From contig OZ253462.1 in the NCBI GenBank assembly GCA_965261395.1, positions 768,001 through 832,000 on the forward strand: a stretch of DNA of 64,000 nucleotides, written 5' to 3'. The position numbers and the translations under genes are program-made. Shown here piece by piece: positions 46,518-55,570 of this stretch (positions are counted from its first letter, which is position 1; every line of letters begins with the position of its first letter). The notes beneath the pieces are model-generated. The model worked only from the letters and a program-made list of their open reading frames with translations. It did not search any database and was not told the origin of the DNA. The DNA comes from Candidatus Latescibacterota bacterium. GTDB taxonomy: Bacteria; Latescibacterota; UBA2968; UBA8231.

Positions 46518-46669
46518 TAAGGCTTGCTGACCCAGTTCCGATCCCCCTTGGCAAGAACCGTGCCAAGGGGGCTGATTTTCGCAGCTTATTTCAAACTGAC
46601 CCAGTTCCGAATGAAAAATAAAAAGGCCGCCGTGTAAGGGCGGGTCCCATCGTTAGTCCACTAGCTGGC

Positions 46670-47458
46670 CTATTCGCCCTCCAGCGCCCGCCGCATCGCA
46701 TCGCCTTGATCGCGCCAATACCCGTACAGCACGGCTATATCCGTGCCAACGCAGAAGTGCCGCACCCCCATGTCGAGAAAGCGCTTGGCATCGTCGGCTG
46801 TGTTGATCTCGGCGCGCGGGTGGACGCCCATCTCCAAGGCCGTCTTAAAGACCTTCTCTTCGGCTGCGGCAATTTCCGGTGCGCCGCGCTGGCCGGCCTT
46901 GCCGACGCTCATGGAGTAATCGGCCCCTCCCCACTGGACCATCTCGACTCCTTCTACCGAGAGCATGGCTTCTAGGTCGGCGACGGCAGTTTTCTTTTCA
47001 ATCATCAAAACCACGACCACGTCGCGCAGGGCTTGGACGTACTCCGGGGTACCGCCATAGCTCATATAGGCGAAGCGCCGCATGGCTACCCCATAGGTGC
47101 CTTCGTCCCCGGGCGCGTCGGCGCGCACGCAGCGCACACAGGCCCGCGCGTCGTCTGGGTCGCGCACATCGGCAAACAGTACGCTGCCGAAGCCCGACCC
47201 TATGGCCCGTTGGGCCACATAAGCGCGGTTCTCGGCATCGACCTTGATCATCGTTCCCAAATCCCATAGCTCGGCGGCTCGGGCGAGGTTGTCCAAGTCG
47301 TGCAGGTCGAAGGGGGCGTACTCGGCGACAAATTCCACATAGTCGTACGCGCCGGTATGCCCTAGTGCTTCGACGACCGAAGGCCAAGTGGTGTGGATGT
47401 GGGTAGCGAGTGTCGGCTCGCCGGCATTGAGCTTTTCGCGCAGCTTGTTGGGTCTCAT
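46670..47458 (-). CDS. HpcH/HpaI aldolase family
   Basis: MRPNKLREKLNAGE, YDYVEFVAEY, LMIEK, WGGADYSMS. Confidence 0.88.
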   Translation of the reverse strand: MRPNKLREKLNAGEPTLATHIHTTWPSVVEALGHTGAYDYVEFVAEYAPFDLHDLDNLARAAELWDLGTMIKVDAENRAYVAQRAIGSGFGSVLFADVRDPDDARACVRCVRADAPGDEGTYGVAMRRFAYMSYGGTPEYVQALRDVVVVLMIEKKTAVADLEAMLSVEGVEMVQWGGADYSMSVGKAGQRGAPEIAAAEEKVFKTALEMGVHPRAEINTADDAKRFLDMGVRHFCVGTDIAVLYGYWRDQGDAMRRALEGE

Positions 47459-47471
47459 AGTTCCTTTCCTT

Positions 47472-48443
47472 TTATGTCTGAACCTCGTCGCGGTCGGTGG
47501 CTGGTGGCGGCGCGATTGAAAGCGCCGATATCTCGGCGTACATCTCGGCCGACATGGCAAAGTCGAGTGCGGCAAGCGACGGCTTGAGCTGGTCTAGGTC
47601 GCGCCCGCCGACGATCGGCGCGGTCACGTCTTGATGCCCCATGACCCAGGCGACGGCCAAGGTCGCCGGATGCACGCCCTGGTCGCCGGCATAGCGCACG
47701 AAGCGCTCGGCGACTTCGTAGAACACGGGATTGGCGTAGCGCTTGATGTAGTTGTCTTGCTGCAAGAGCCGACCCCGCTCGGGCCGCTTGTCGATCCCGT
47801 ACTTGCCGGTCAGCAAGCCGCCTCCCAAGGGGCTGTAGGTAATCACGCCCAAGCTTTCTGAGCGGGCCAGCGGCAGGATTTCTACCTCCACTTGCCGCTT
47901 GGCCAAGCTGTACATGGGTTGAATGCAGGCAAAGGATGCCAGCCCCTCGCGGGCGCAGTGGCCGAGGGCTTTGGCAATTTGCCAAGCGGCCCAGTTGCTC
48001 ACGGCCGGATAGAGGATTTTGCCGCCGCGCACCAAGTCGTCGAGCGCGGCGAGGGTCTCTTCCATCGGCGTATCTTCGTCGAAGTTGTGGACGAAGTAGA
48101 AGTCGAGGCGATCCGTCTGCAAGCGCCTGAGACTGGCCTCTACGGCCTGCACAATATGCCGCCGCGACAGGCCCCGGTCGTTGGGGCCGTCGCCCATCGA
48201 GCCGCAGACTTTCGAGGTGATTACCAACTCGTCGCGCTCGCCTTGGATCAACCGGCCCAAGATCTCCTCGGAACGCCCGTTGGAATAGACATTGGCCGTG
48301 TCGAAGAAATTGATCCCCAACTCGCGGCAGTAGCGATACATCTGCCCAGAGGTCGCCTCGTCCGTATCGCCGCCAAAGGCCATAGTACCATAGCACAGGG
48401 CAGACACTTTGACGCCTGTGCGGCCTAGGGTATTGTACTGCAT
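47472..48443 (-). CDS. Aldo/keto reductase
   Basis: LGRTGVKVSALCYGTM, FFDTANVY, SLRRLQTDRLD, YSPLGGGLLTGKY. Confidence 0.94.
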   Translation of the reverse strand: MQYNTLGRTGVKVSALCYGTMAFGGDTDEATSGQMYRYCRELGINFFDTANVYSNGRSEEILGRLIQGERDELVITSKVCGSMGDGPNDRGLSRRHIVQAVEASLRRLQTDRLDFYFVHNFDEDTPMEETLAALDDLVRGGKILYPAVSNWAAWQIAKALGHCAREGLASFACIQPMYSLAKRQVEVEILPLARSESLGVITYSPLGGGLLTGKYGIDKRPERGRLLQQDNYIKRYANPVFYEVAERFVRYAGDQGVHPATLAVAWVMGHQDVTAPIVGGRDLDQLKPSLAALDFAMSAEMYAEISALSIAPPPATDRDEVQT

Positions 48444-48598
48444 CTTCTATTTTCTCCTTTAGTAGAATTCCGTGCGGCAGGGCAAGCTAAGGAAGAGGGT
48501 AGCTGTTATCAAGTGGCGTCATTGGCCGCGCCGCACCGCCTTTCTATATTAAGCGCTGCGCTGTACACACCCCGCATCACAGGAGTGGCTCAACCCCA

Positions 48599-48883
48599 AT
48601 GGACGCACCCCGCCAACGCCTGCTCTACTTGCAGGCGCGCACCCCTAGCGTCATGTCCAATATCATCGGTCTAACGCTCATCGAGCCGGTCGCGGGCTTT
48701 GCGCCCGAAATCCACGCCGAAACAGCACCCGATTGGCCCTACGAAACCGTACACGACGCCGTAGTTGACGGCTGGCAAATCGTCCAATTTCCTCACCTCC
48801 AGGCCCCGTTCGACGACAGGGAATTGGACGTGATAGGCTATGAATTTATCCTACAGAAAATGGAGGTTATTGCCGATGGATAA
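48599..48883 (+). CDS. Hypothetical protein overlapping the downstream PhyH gene
   Basis: 94-aa ORF with host-like codon usage; its 3' end carries the RBS of the next gene. Confidence 0.7.
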   Translation: MDAPRQRLLYLQARTPSVMSNIIGLTLIEPVAGFAPEIHAETAPDWPYETVHDAVVDGWQIVQFPHLQAPFDDRELDVIGYEFILQKMEVIADG

Positions 48884-49655
48884 GCATCTGCTCAGCGACG
48901 CCGAAGTGGCCCGTTTTCTCGTCTCCGGCTACCACCTCATCGAGCCGGAATTACCCACCGGGCTCAACGAGTCCATCGCCGACCAGCTCGACGCTTTGGA
49001 CCACAATCCCGGCGACGCCATCACCGAAGCGGTGCCCGGGCTCTGGCAAGTGCTTGACCACCCGGCCGTCACCAGCGCGCTTGTCAGCCTGCTCGGCCCG
49101 GACTACGAGGTGCAGTCGCATCGCCATTGGCACTGCAAGCAGCCGGACTCCCCGCACATGAACTGGCACCAAGACGGCCTCAACAACCGCGATGTATTGC
49201 TCAACCGCTTCCTAGGGCTGTACTACCCGACCGACGTCACGCCCGATATGGGGCCGACGATCATCGTCCCCGGCACCCAATTCCGCAACGCGCCGACGGA
49301 TCGCATGGCCACGTACTCCAACATTCGCGGCCAAGTGCCGCTCGTGGTCAAGGCTGGTACCGTGGCCTTCACGCACTACGACCTCTGGCACGGCACAGCC
49401 GCCAACCGCTCGCCGCACAAGCGCCACATGATCAAGTTCCTCTTCCGCCGCACTCGGGATAACACAGCACCCACTTGGAATCACGACCCAGAGGCGGCCG
49501 ACAAGCCCGCCGACTGGAATGAGCGCGACCGGGCCGAGGACGTCACCAACATCTTCAACTTCACCAATCCGCTAGGCGTCTCCCAGAGCGACCACTACAA
49601 GGAGCGCGCCATCCGCCGCCAGAACTGGAACTACCTCATGGGTCTGTCAGCCTAA
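48876..49655 (+). CDS. PhyH family dioxygenase (HRHxH subfamily, no HEAT repeats)
   Basis: SHRHWH, WHQD, MGPTIIVPG, HYDLWHG. Confidence 0.85.
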   Translation: MDKHLLSDAEVARFLVSGYHLIEPELPTGLNESIADQLDALDHNPGDAITEAVPGLWQVLDHPAVTSALVSLLGPDYEVQSHRHWHCKQPDSPHMNWHQDGLNNRDVLLNRFLGLYYPTDVTPDMGPTIIVPGTQFRNAPTDRMATYSNIRGQVPLVVKAGTVAFTHYDLWHGTAANRSPHKRHMIKFLFRRTRDNTAPTWNHDPEAADKPADWNERDRAEDVTNIFNFTNPLGVSQSDHYKERAIRRQNWNYLMGLSA

Positions 49656-49683
49656 TCCCAACCCCTAGCAGAGAAAGCATTTT

Positions 49684-50361
49684 ATGACCGTCCAGATTGC
49701 CCGCGTTGAAGAGCGTTTCAAATGCCCCGGACCTCAGCCCAACGGCCTGCAAGCCGCGCCCGACGGCCTCTGGTGTATCGACCAAGTGGACCTCAAGGTC
49801 TATAAATTCGACTACGAGAGCGGCGAGATCCTCTTTGAAGCCCAGACCGACACCGCACACTCCAGCGGCATTACCCTCGGCGACGGCTCTATGTGGATCG
49901 CCTCGACCTTTGAGCTTAAGATCGCCCGCCTCGACCCGGCTACGGGCCAGACCATCGCCAAGCTGGATTCGCCCGGCAATGGCGTCGTCGCTTGGGTCGC
50001 CGACCAGCAAAATGGCCGCGTCACCGGGGCCCACGGCCTCGAGTGGAAGGACGGCAAGGTGTACGTGGCCTCGCCGCCTTCGCAGTTCGTTCACGTGATG
50101 GATGCCAGCACTTGGGAAGAAGTCCATTCCTTCCGCGTCCCCGGCCTTCGGGTTCACGGCCTAGCTTGGGCTGACGACGGCACCCTCTGGGTCGCCGACA
50201 CCTCAGCCGGCACCATCAACCGCCTCGATCCCGAAGACGGGCGCATCTGGGAGGTCATCCGCGTCGAAGCTCCCACCGAAGTCCACGGACTGACCATCCA
50301 CGAGGGCGTGCTCTGGTACTGCGACGCCGCCACGCGCGCAATCGGCCAACTACATCTATAA
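49684..50361 (+). CDS. Beta-propeller protein (Vgb/SMP-30/glutamine-cyclotransferase-like)
   Basis: Repeated blades PNGL, SSGI, AHGLEW, VHGLAW, VHGLT. Confidence 0.65.
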   Translation: MTVQIARVEERFKCPGPQPNGLQAAPDGLWCIDQVDLKVYKFDYESGEILFEAQTDTAHSSGITLGDGSMWIASTFELKIARLDPATGQTIAKLDSPGNGVVAWVADQQNGRVTGAHGLEWKDGKVYVASPPSQFVHVMDASTWEEVHSFRVPGLRVHGLAWADDGTLWVADTSAGTINRLDPEDGRIWEVIRVEAPTEVHGLTIHEGVLWYCDAATRAIGQLHL

Positions 50362-50376
50362 AAGAAAGGGGCTCCA

Positions 50377-51510
50377 TTGAAGATCACCGGTGTCAAGACC
50401 GCCGAAGTGCGCATAAAAGCCAACGGCCAACCCCGCTATCTCTACTATTACGTCCGCATCCATACCGACGAGGGCATCTACGGCACTGGCGAGGCCAGCC
50501 ACGTCAATGGCGGCTGGCGCGGCTCCACCCAGTCCATGGCCGCCCAGCTCATCGGCAAGGACCCACGCGATGTCGATGCGCTCTTTGAAGGCATTCGCCG
50601 CAGCTACATCTTCCGCGGCGGTATGTCGGGCTTGGCGATTTCGGCGCTGACCGGCATTGAGGTCGCGCTTTGGGATTTGGCTGGCAAGGCCCAAGGCGTA
50701 CCCGTTTACCGGCTCTTGGGCGGCAAGTTCCGCGACCGGGTGCGCCTCTACGTCGATAGTGCCCATTCGGACTACAAACAGCGCGCCGAGGATGCGCGCG
50801 CCAAAGGCTTCACCGCGATAAAGTTCGATCTCGACGACGCGGGCCATCCCGAAAAGCTCGATCCTTGGAATTGGTCGGTGACTCCTGCCGAGTTGGAGGA
50901 TCTAGTCGCCCAAGCGCACCAGATCCGCGAGGCCGTCGGCCCCCACATGGACCTAGCCATTGACTTGCACGGTCGCTACGACGCCACCGCCGGGATGAAG
51001 TTCGCCCACGCGCTCGAGGGCCTGAATCTGCTGTGGCTCGAAGAGCCGGTACCGCCCGAGAATATCGACGCCCTCAAGCGCATCACCGACTCGACCCGCA
51101 CCCCGATCTGCGCCGGCGAGAACGCCTATCTGCGCTACGGCTTCCGCGACATGCTCGAACAGCAGGCGGTCGATATCATCATGCCCGACATTTCCAAGTG
51201 CGGCGGCCTATCCGAGTGTCGCAAGATCGCCAACATGGCCGAGACCTACTACATCCCCTTTGCTCCGCACAACAACTCCAGCGCCTTGAGCACTGTGGGC
51301 GACGCCCACGTCTGCGCCAGTGTGCCCAATTTTCTCGCCTTGGAGTTCCATCGCTACGACGACCCGACCTGGAACGACGTGGTGCTATCCGATGAGCCGG
51401 TGATTCAGGAAGGACACGTGGCCCTGAGCGAGAAGCCAGGGCTAGGGGTAGAACTGAACGAGGCGTTTCTACAGAGTATGCTGGAGGACGGGGAGCCGCT
51501 CTGGCAGTAG
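50377..51510 (+). CDS. Mandelate racemase/muconate lactonizing enzyme family (sugar-acid dehydratase-like)
   Basis: ALWDLAGK, IKFD, DLHG, WLEEP, AGEN, APHN, PGLGVELNE. Confidence 0.92.
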   Translation: MKITGVKTAEVRIKANGQPRYLYYYVRIHTDEGIYGTGEASHVNGGWRGSTQSMAAQLIGKDPRDVDALFEGIRRSYIFRGGMSGLAISALTGIEVALWDLAGKAQGVPVYRLLGGKFRDRVRLYVDSAHSDYKQRAEDARAKGFTAIKFDLDDAGHPEKLDPWNWSVTPAELEDLVAQAHQIREAVGPHMDLAIDLHGRYDATAGMKFAHALEGLNLLWLEEPVPPENIDALKRITDSTRTPICAGENAYLRYGFRDMLEQQAVDIIMPDISKCGGLSECRKIANMAETYYIPFAPHNNSSALSTVGDAHVCASVPNFLALEFHRYDDPTWNDVVLSDEPVIQEGHVALSEKPGLGVELNEAFLQSMLEDGEPLWQ

Positions 51511-51640
51511 CACCAGCGCAGGAATAAATCTGAGATAGGTTCTATAGCAGAGTTGAACGATTCGAGATGCGGATCATCTTGTGCATGCTATTCTGCGTCC
51601 ATCTGCGTCCATCTGCGGATCATCAATTAGGAAACCCACC

Positions 51641-52039
51641 ATGACCCAACGCAAAGCATACAACCCCGCCTGGCCTTGGACCGAGAATTTCCGCATCTCA
51701 CAGGCTGTGCAGGTGGGCGATACGATCTATGTCTCCGGCCAAGGGCCGCTCGACCCGGAGGGGCAACTCGTCGGCGACGGCGACATGACCGCGCAGTCGC
51801 GCCAAGTCTTTGCCAATATCCGCGCCGTGCTCGCCGAAGCCGGTGCGACCATGGACGACGTGGTCAAGATCACCTCGTTTATCACCGACACGGGCCGCTA
51901 CGCCGAATATGCGGCCGCCCGCGCCGAAGCCTTTCCCAACCATGTCCCCGCCAGCTCTACCGTGACGGTCGCCGATCTAGTCCTGCCCGGAATGCTCGTC
52001 GAGGTCGAGGCTATAGCCGTGCCCGGCAGCGGTAGCTAG
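51641..52039 (+). CDS. RidA/YjgF family protein
   Basis: SQAVQVGDTIYVSGQ, VLAEAGATMDDVVKI, PASS, LVEVEA. Confidence 0.92.
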   Translation: MTQRKAYNPAWPWTENFRISQAVQVGDTIYVSGQGPLDPEGQLVGDGDMTAQSRQVFANIRAVLAEAGATMDDVVKITSFITDTGRYAEYAAARAEAFPNHVPASSTVTVADLVLPGMLVEVEAIAVPGSGS

Positions 52040-53764
52040 CTACCTCGGCTCCCGATAGACATCCGGCCCGGAGCCGCCGACCAAGATGTCCAAGTCAACG
52101 CCCTTGTCGGCTTGGAGCACGTGCCGGACGTAGAGACCGGCATAACCCCGCGTGACGATCGGCGCGGGCGGCGTCCACGCTTGCCGCCTTCTTTGTAACT
52201 CCTCATCGGGCACGGCCATATTCAACGACCGCTTCTCCACGTCTAGCTCAATCAGGTCGCCTTCCTGCACCAAGGCCAGCGGACCGCCCACGGCGGCTTC
52301 GGGCGCGATGTGCAGAATCACCGTCCCGTAGGCCGTGCCGCTCATCCGCCCGTCCGAGATGCAAACCATATCGCGCACGCCCTGCTGCAACAGCTTCTTG
52401 GGCAATCCTAACTTCCCGGCCTCGGGCATACCGGGGAAACCTTTGGGGCCGATGCCCTTTAAGACCAGCACGCTGTCTTTATCGACGTCGAGATTGGGGT
52501 CGTCAATCCGCTCCCTATAGTCTTCTATACTCTCAAACACTACGGCTCTTCCTCGGTGCTGCATCAGTTCGGGTGAGGCGGCCGACGGCTTGATAATCGC
52601 CCCATCCGGGCAGAGGTTACCCCGGAGCACGGCGATCCCGGCCGCCTCCTTGAGCGGCTTGTCAATCGCGGCGATGACCTCTCGGTTGTAGCATTGGGCA
52701 CCCGAGGTGTTTTCGCCGAGCGATTTGCCCGTCACCGTCAAGGTATCCATGTGCAGATGTTCCTTCATCTCTTGAATTACGACGGGCAAGCCCCCGGCGT
52801 AGAAGAAATCCTCCATCAGGTATTCGCCCGAGGGCATTAGATTGACCAAGTGCGGCATGCGGCTGCCCAAGCGGTCGAAGTCGTCCAAATCCAATTCGAC
52901 GCCGAGCCGTCCGGCAATGGCCAACAGATGCACCACGAAGTTGGTCGAGCCGCCCAGTGCGGCGTTGACCTTGATGGCGTTTTCTATGGCTAGCCGCGTC
53001 ACAATGCGCGACATGCGCAAGTCTTCGCGCACCATCTCGACGATGCGATTGCCCGCCAGATGCCCCAAGCGCTTGCGCCGCGCATCTGGTGCCGGAATCG
53101 CCGCGCCGCTCGGCAGCGTCAGCCCGAGGGTCTCGACCATGCAGGCCATCGTCGAGGCCGTGCCCATGGTCATGCAGTGGCCGTCTGAGCGCGAAATCCC
53201 GGCCTCGGCCTCCAGATAATCCAAGCGCGAGATACTCCCGGCCCGCAGCTCGGTCGTAAAGCGATAGACATCCGTGCCGGAGCCGATATTCTGATTGCGG
53301 AACTTGCCGTTGAGCATCGGCCCGCCCGTCACCGCGATGGTCGGCAAGTCCACGCTCGCCGCTCCCATCAGACAGGCTGGCGTCGTCTTATCGCAGCCGG
53401 TCAACAGCACCACCCCGTCGAGCGGGTTGGCGCGGATACTTTCCTCCACGTCCATGCTCGCCAAGTTGCGGTAGAGCATGGTCGTCGGCTTCATCAGCGT
53501 CTCGCCGAGCGAGGTAACCGGAAATTCGAGCGGAAAGCCTCCAGCTTCGTACACTCCGCGCTTGACTTGCTCGGCCAAGATCCGCAGATGCGCGTTGCAA
53601 GGATTCAAATCCGACCACGTGTTGCAGATCCCGATCACGGGCCGGCCATCGAACATCTGCTCGGGATGGCCTTGGTTTTTGGTCCAGCCTCGGGACACAA
53701 ATCCTTGATGCCACTCGTCGCCAAACCAAGCGGCGCTGCGCAGCGTCTTTTCGTCGCCTGTCAT
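52040..53764 (-). CDS. IlvD/Edd family dehydratase (sugar-acid/arabinonate dehydratase-like)
   Basis: PVIGICNTWSDLNPCN, MLYRNL, GCDKTTPA, CMTMGTASTM, SDGRMSGT. Confidence 0.93.
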   Translation of the reverse strand: MTGDEKTLRSAAWFGDEWHQGFVSRGWTKNQGHPEQMFDGRPVIGICNTWSDLNPCNAHLRILAEQVKRGVYEAGGFPLEFPVTSLGETLMKPTTMLYRNLASMDVEESIRANPLDGVVLLTGCDKTTPACLMGAASVDLPTIAVTGGPMLNGKFRNQNIGSGTDVYRFTTELRAGSISRLDYLEAEAGISRSDGHCMTMGTASTMACMVETLGLTLPSGAAIPAPDARRKRLGHLAGNRIVEMVREDLRMSRIVTRLAIENAIKVNAALGGSTNFVVHLLAIAGRLGVELDLDDFDRLGSRMPHLVNLMPSGEYLMEDFFYAGGLPVVIQEMKEHLHMDTLTVTGKSLGENTSGAQCYNREVIAAIDKPLKEAAGIAVLRGNLCPDGAIIKPSAASPELMQHRGRAVVFESIEDYRERIDDPNLDVDKDSVLVLKGIGPKGFPGMPEAGKLGLPKKLLQQGVRDMVCISDGRMSGTAYGTVILHIAPEAAVGGPLALVQEGDLIELDVEKRSLNMAVPDEELQRRRQAWTPPAPIVTRGYAGLYVRHVLQADKGVDLDILVGGSGPDVYREPR

Positions 53765-53765
53765 G

Positions 53766-54647
53766 CTACGCCGGCATCTCTCGCTGCGTGTGCGCTCGCC
53801 CCGCCCGGGCCGTTTCCTCATTCCCCCCAGAGAACACTCGTCCCCCAGCGTCAATTTTCGCTGCGACCGTTTCGGGTGCGGCCCCGTCCAAAAAGGCCAC
53901 GCCGTTTTGCCGACACGCCGCCTTGACCCGCTCGTGCGTCTCCTGCATCTGCTCGGGCCACGGCTGCGGCATCGTCCGATACCCCAGCGAAAGGCTCAAG
54001 TCGCCCGGGCCCATCTCGGCAAAGCCGATCCCCGGTACGGACAGGATTTCCTCAATGTGGGGCAGGGCCGCCACCGACTCGATCTTCAGCCCTAACAGCA
54101 ACTCGCCTTGCGGGTTGAGCGGCCAAGGATCGGCCTTGGTTAGATACTCGTCGCGGTTCACTCCCCACACGCCCCCACACACCCCCTCTGAGCCAACGCC
54201 GCGCGTGCCCCGGCCCAAGTCGGCACCGACGCCGATGGTGTTGATTGGATAGCGGCACGACTCGACAAAGGCCCGGACGGCCGCGGCCGATTCGGCTTGG
54301 CAAAGCAGAATTCCGTGCGCGCCCCGGCCCAATATCTGCCGAAACTGCCAAGCGTTGTAGCGCACGATCTCCTCCGACCTTCCTTCGACCGGGGTCTCGA
54401 CGATCACCGTCGGCGTCCGATGCCCGCTGCGCGTCGGTCCGCCGGCGATCAGGCCGCGCAAGTACTCGTCCAGCCCGGCCATATCGAACGAACCGTGTTC
54501 CATGCCGACATTGATGTAGTCGGCCCAAGTTCCGGCGTCCTCTTTGCCCTGCTCGTAGGTCAGCACGTGTCCGGCGTGGGCACCTGTGTAGTAGATTGGC
54601 TGACCCTCGGCGAGGAGTTCGACAGCGCGGTTGATTTTCTTACTCAT
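53766..54647 (-). CDS. HpcH/HpaI aldolase-like protein
   Basis: MEHG, GAHGILL, CRYP...GTRG, KIES, GPGDLSLS. Confidence 0.82.
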   Translation of the reverse strand: MSKKINRAVELLAEGQPIYYTGAHAGHVLTYEQGKEDAGTWADYINVGMEHGSFDMAGLDEYLRGLIAGGPTRSGHRTPTVIVETPVEGRSEEIVRYNAWQFRQILGRGAHGILLCQAESAAAVRAFVESCRYPINTIGVGADLGRGTRGVGSEGVCGGVWGVNRDEYLTKADPWPLNPQGELLLGLKIESVAALPHIEEILSVPGIGFAEMGPGDLSLSLGYRTMPQPWPEQMQETHERVKAACRQNGVAFLDGAAPETVAAKIDAGGRVFSGGNEETARAGRAHTQREMPA

Positions 54648-54672
54648 CCAATTGCTCCTTAAGTGATCTGTG

Positions 54673-55533
54673 TTAATTCCACGAGTCCGCCCCCAAGAGC
54701 TTCCGCCCTAGGGAGGTCAACTCGGCAGGCTGCTGATGCTGGTGTTCCCAATCCCGCTCATCGCCGGGCCAGCCAGACGTCGGCCGCCGCTCCTGCCAAG
54801 CAGCAACCCGCTCCTGGCATGCGGCCTCTCCGTTGGCGGGTGCTGGCGACATGGTGATGTACTGCGCCAATCGCGGCCGATCGGCCCGATTGTGACCGTT
54901 GCCGTGGGCCAACAACCGATGCCAGATCAGCAGGTCTCCAGCTTGGCCCGCAATCGACTTGACCGTTAGCCCTGTCAGATCGGGCCGGCGCGTGTCGCGA
55001 TCTGCTGGCTGAGTTTTGACCCATTCGTCGAATATCCGGTGAAAGCCGGGGACGCACTGGAAACCGCCTTGGTCCTCCGTCGTATCCGTCAAATACAGCA
55101 CCCCTTGCACCCCAAAGGACACCGGCTGCTGTGTCGTATCGACATCCCAGTGAATCATCCCCTTGTTGCACCACTCGGGCCGATCTTCGCGCGCCGGCGG
55201 TTTCATATTGGCCCGGTCCAGCGAGACCCACAATTTTTCGTCGCCCCAGATCTCGGCAAAAGCCTGATGCACCTTGGGGTACTGCCGATTGTCCCACAAA
55301 GCTTGGTGCTGGTAGATTTCGACCATCCCCGCCGCTGAAATCGGCGAACACAGATTGTCGCGGGTATAGGGCTGGTACTTGTACCATTCCTCTGCGCGTT
55401 CTGGATCCATCTCCAGAAATTCCCAGACGGTCGTCACCATCGCGTCCAAATTTTCCTCGGGCACGGCGTTGTGGACGACCACATAGCCATTTTCCTCCCA
55501 GAAGGCCCGATCTTCTTTGCTCAATACTGGCAT
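54673..55533 (-). CDS. PhyH family dioxygenase
   Basis: FWEENGYVV, IHWD, GGFQCVPGFH, AGDLLIWH..LAHG. Confidence 0.88.
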   Translation of the reverse strand: MPVLSKEDRAFWEENGYVVVHNAVPEENLDAMVTTVWEFLEMDPERAEEWYKYQPYTRDNLCSPISAAGMVEIYQHQALWDNRQYPKVHQAFAEIWGDEKLWVSLDRANMKPPAREDRPEWCNKGMIHWDVDTTQQPVSFGVQGVLYLTDTTEDQGGFQCVPGFHRIFDEWVKTQPADRDTRRPDLTGLTVKSIAGQAGDLLIWHRLLAHGNGHNRADRPRLAQYITMSPAPANGEAACQERVAAWQERRPTSGWPGDERDWEHQHQQPAELTSLGRKLLGADSWN

Positions 55534-55570
55534 ATTCTCTCCTCTAAGTCGCCCTGCGTTTATGCCTAGC

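Larger units (their letters stand above)
44602..46608. mobile_element. Low-GC array of small ORFs delimited by IS1-like end motifs, no transposase
   Basis: Motifs at 44602 (-, partial), 44955 (+), 45252 (+), 45281 (-), 45409 (+), 45913 (+, degenerate) and 46588 (+, degenerate). Confidence 0.65.

Noticed and set aside
44602-46620. Xer/dif modules or attC sites as the explanation for the array; target duplications around its units
   Set aside because: The motif lacks the 11-6-11 dif structure and attC GTTRRRY ends. I checked the flanks of each end pair and found no convincing direct repeat.
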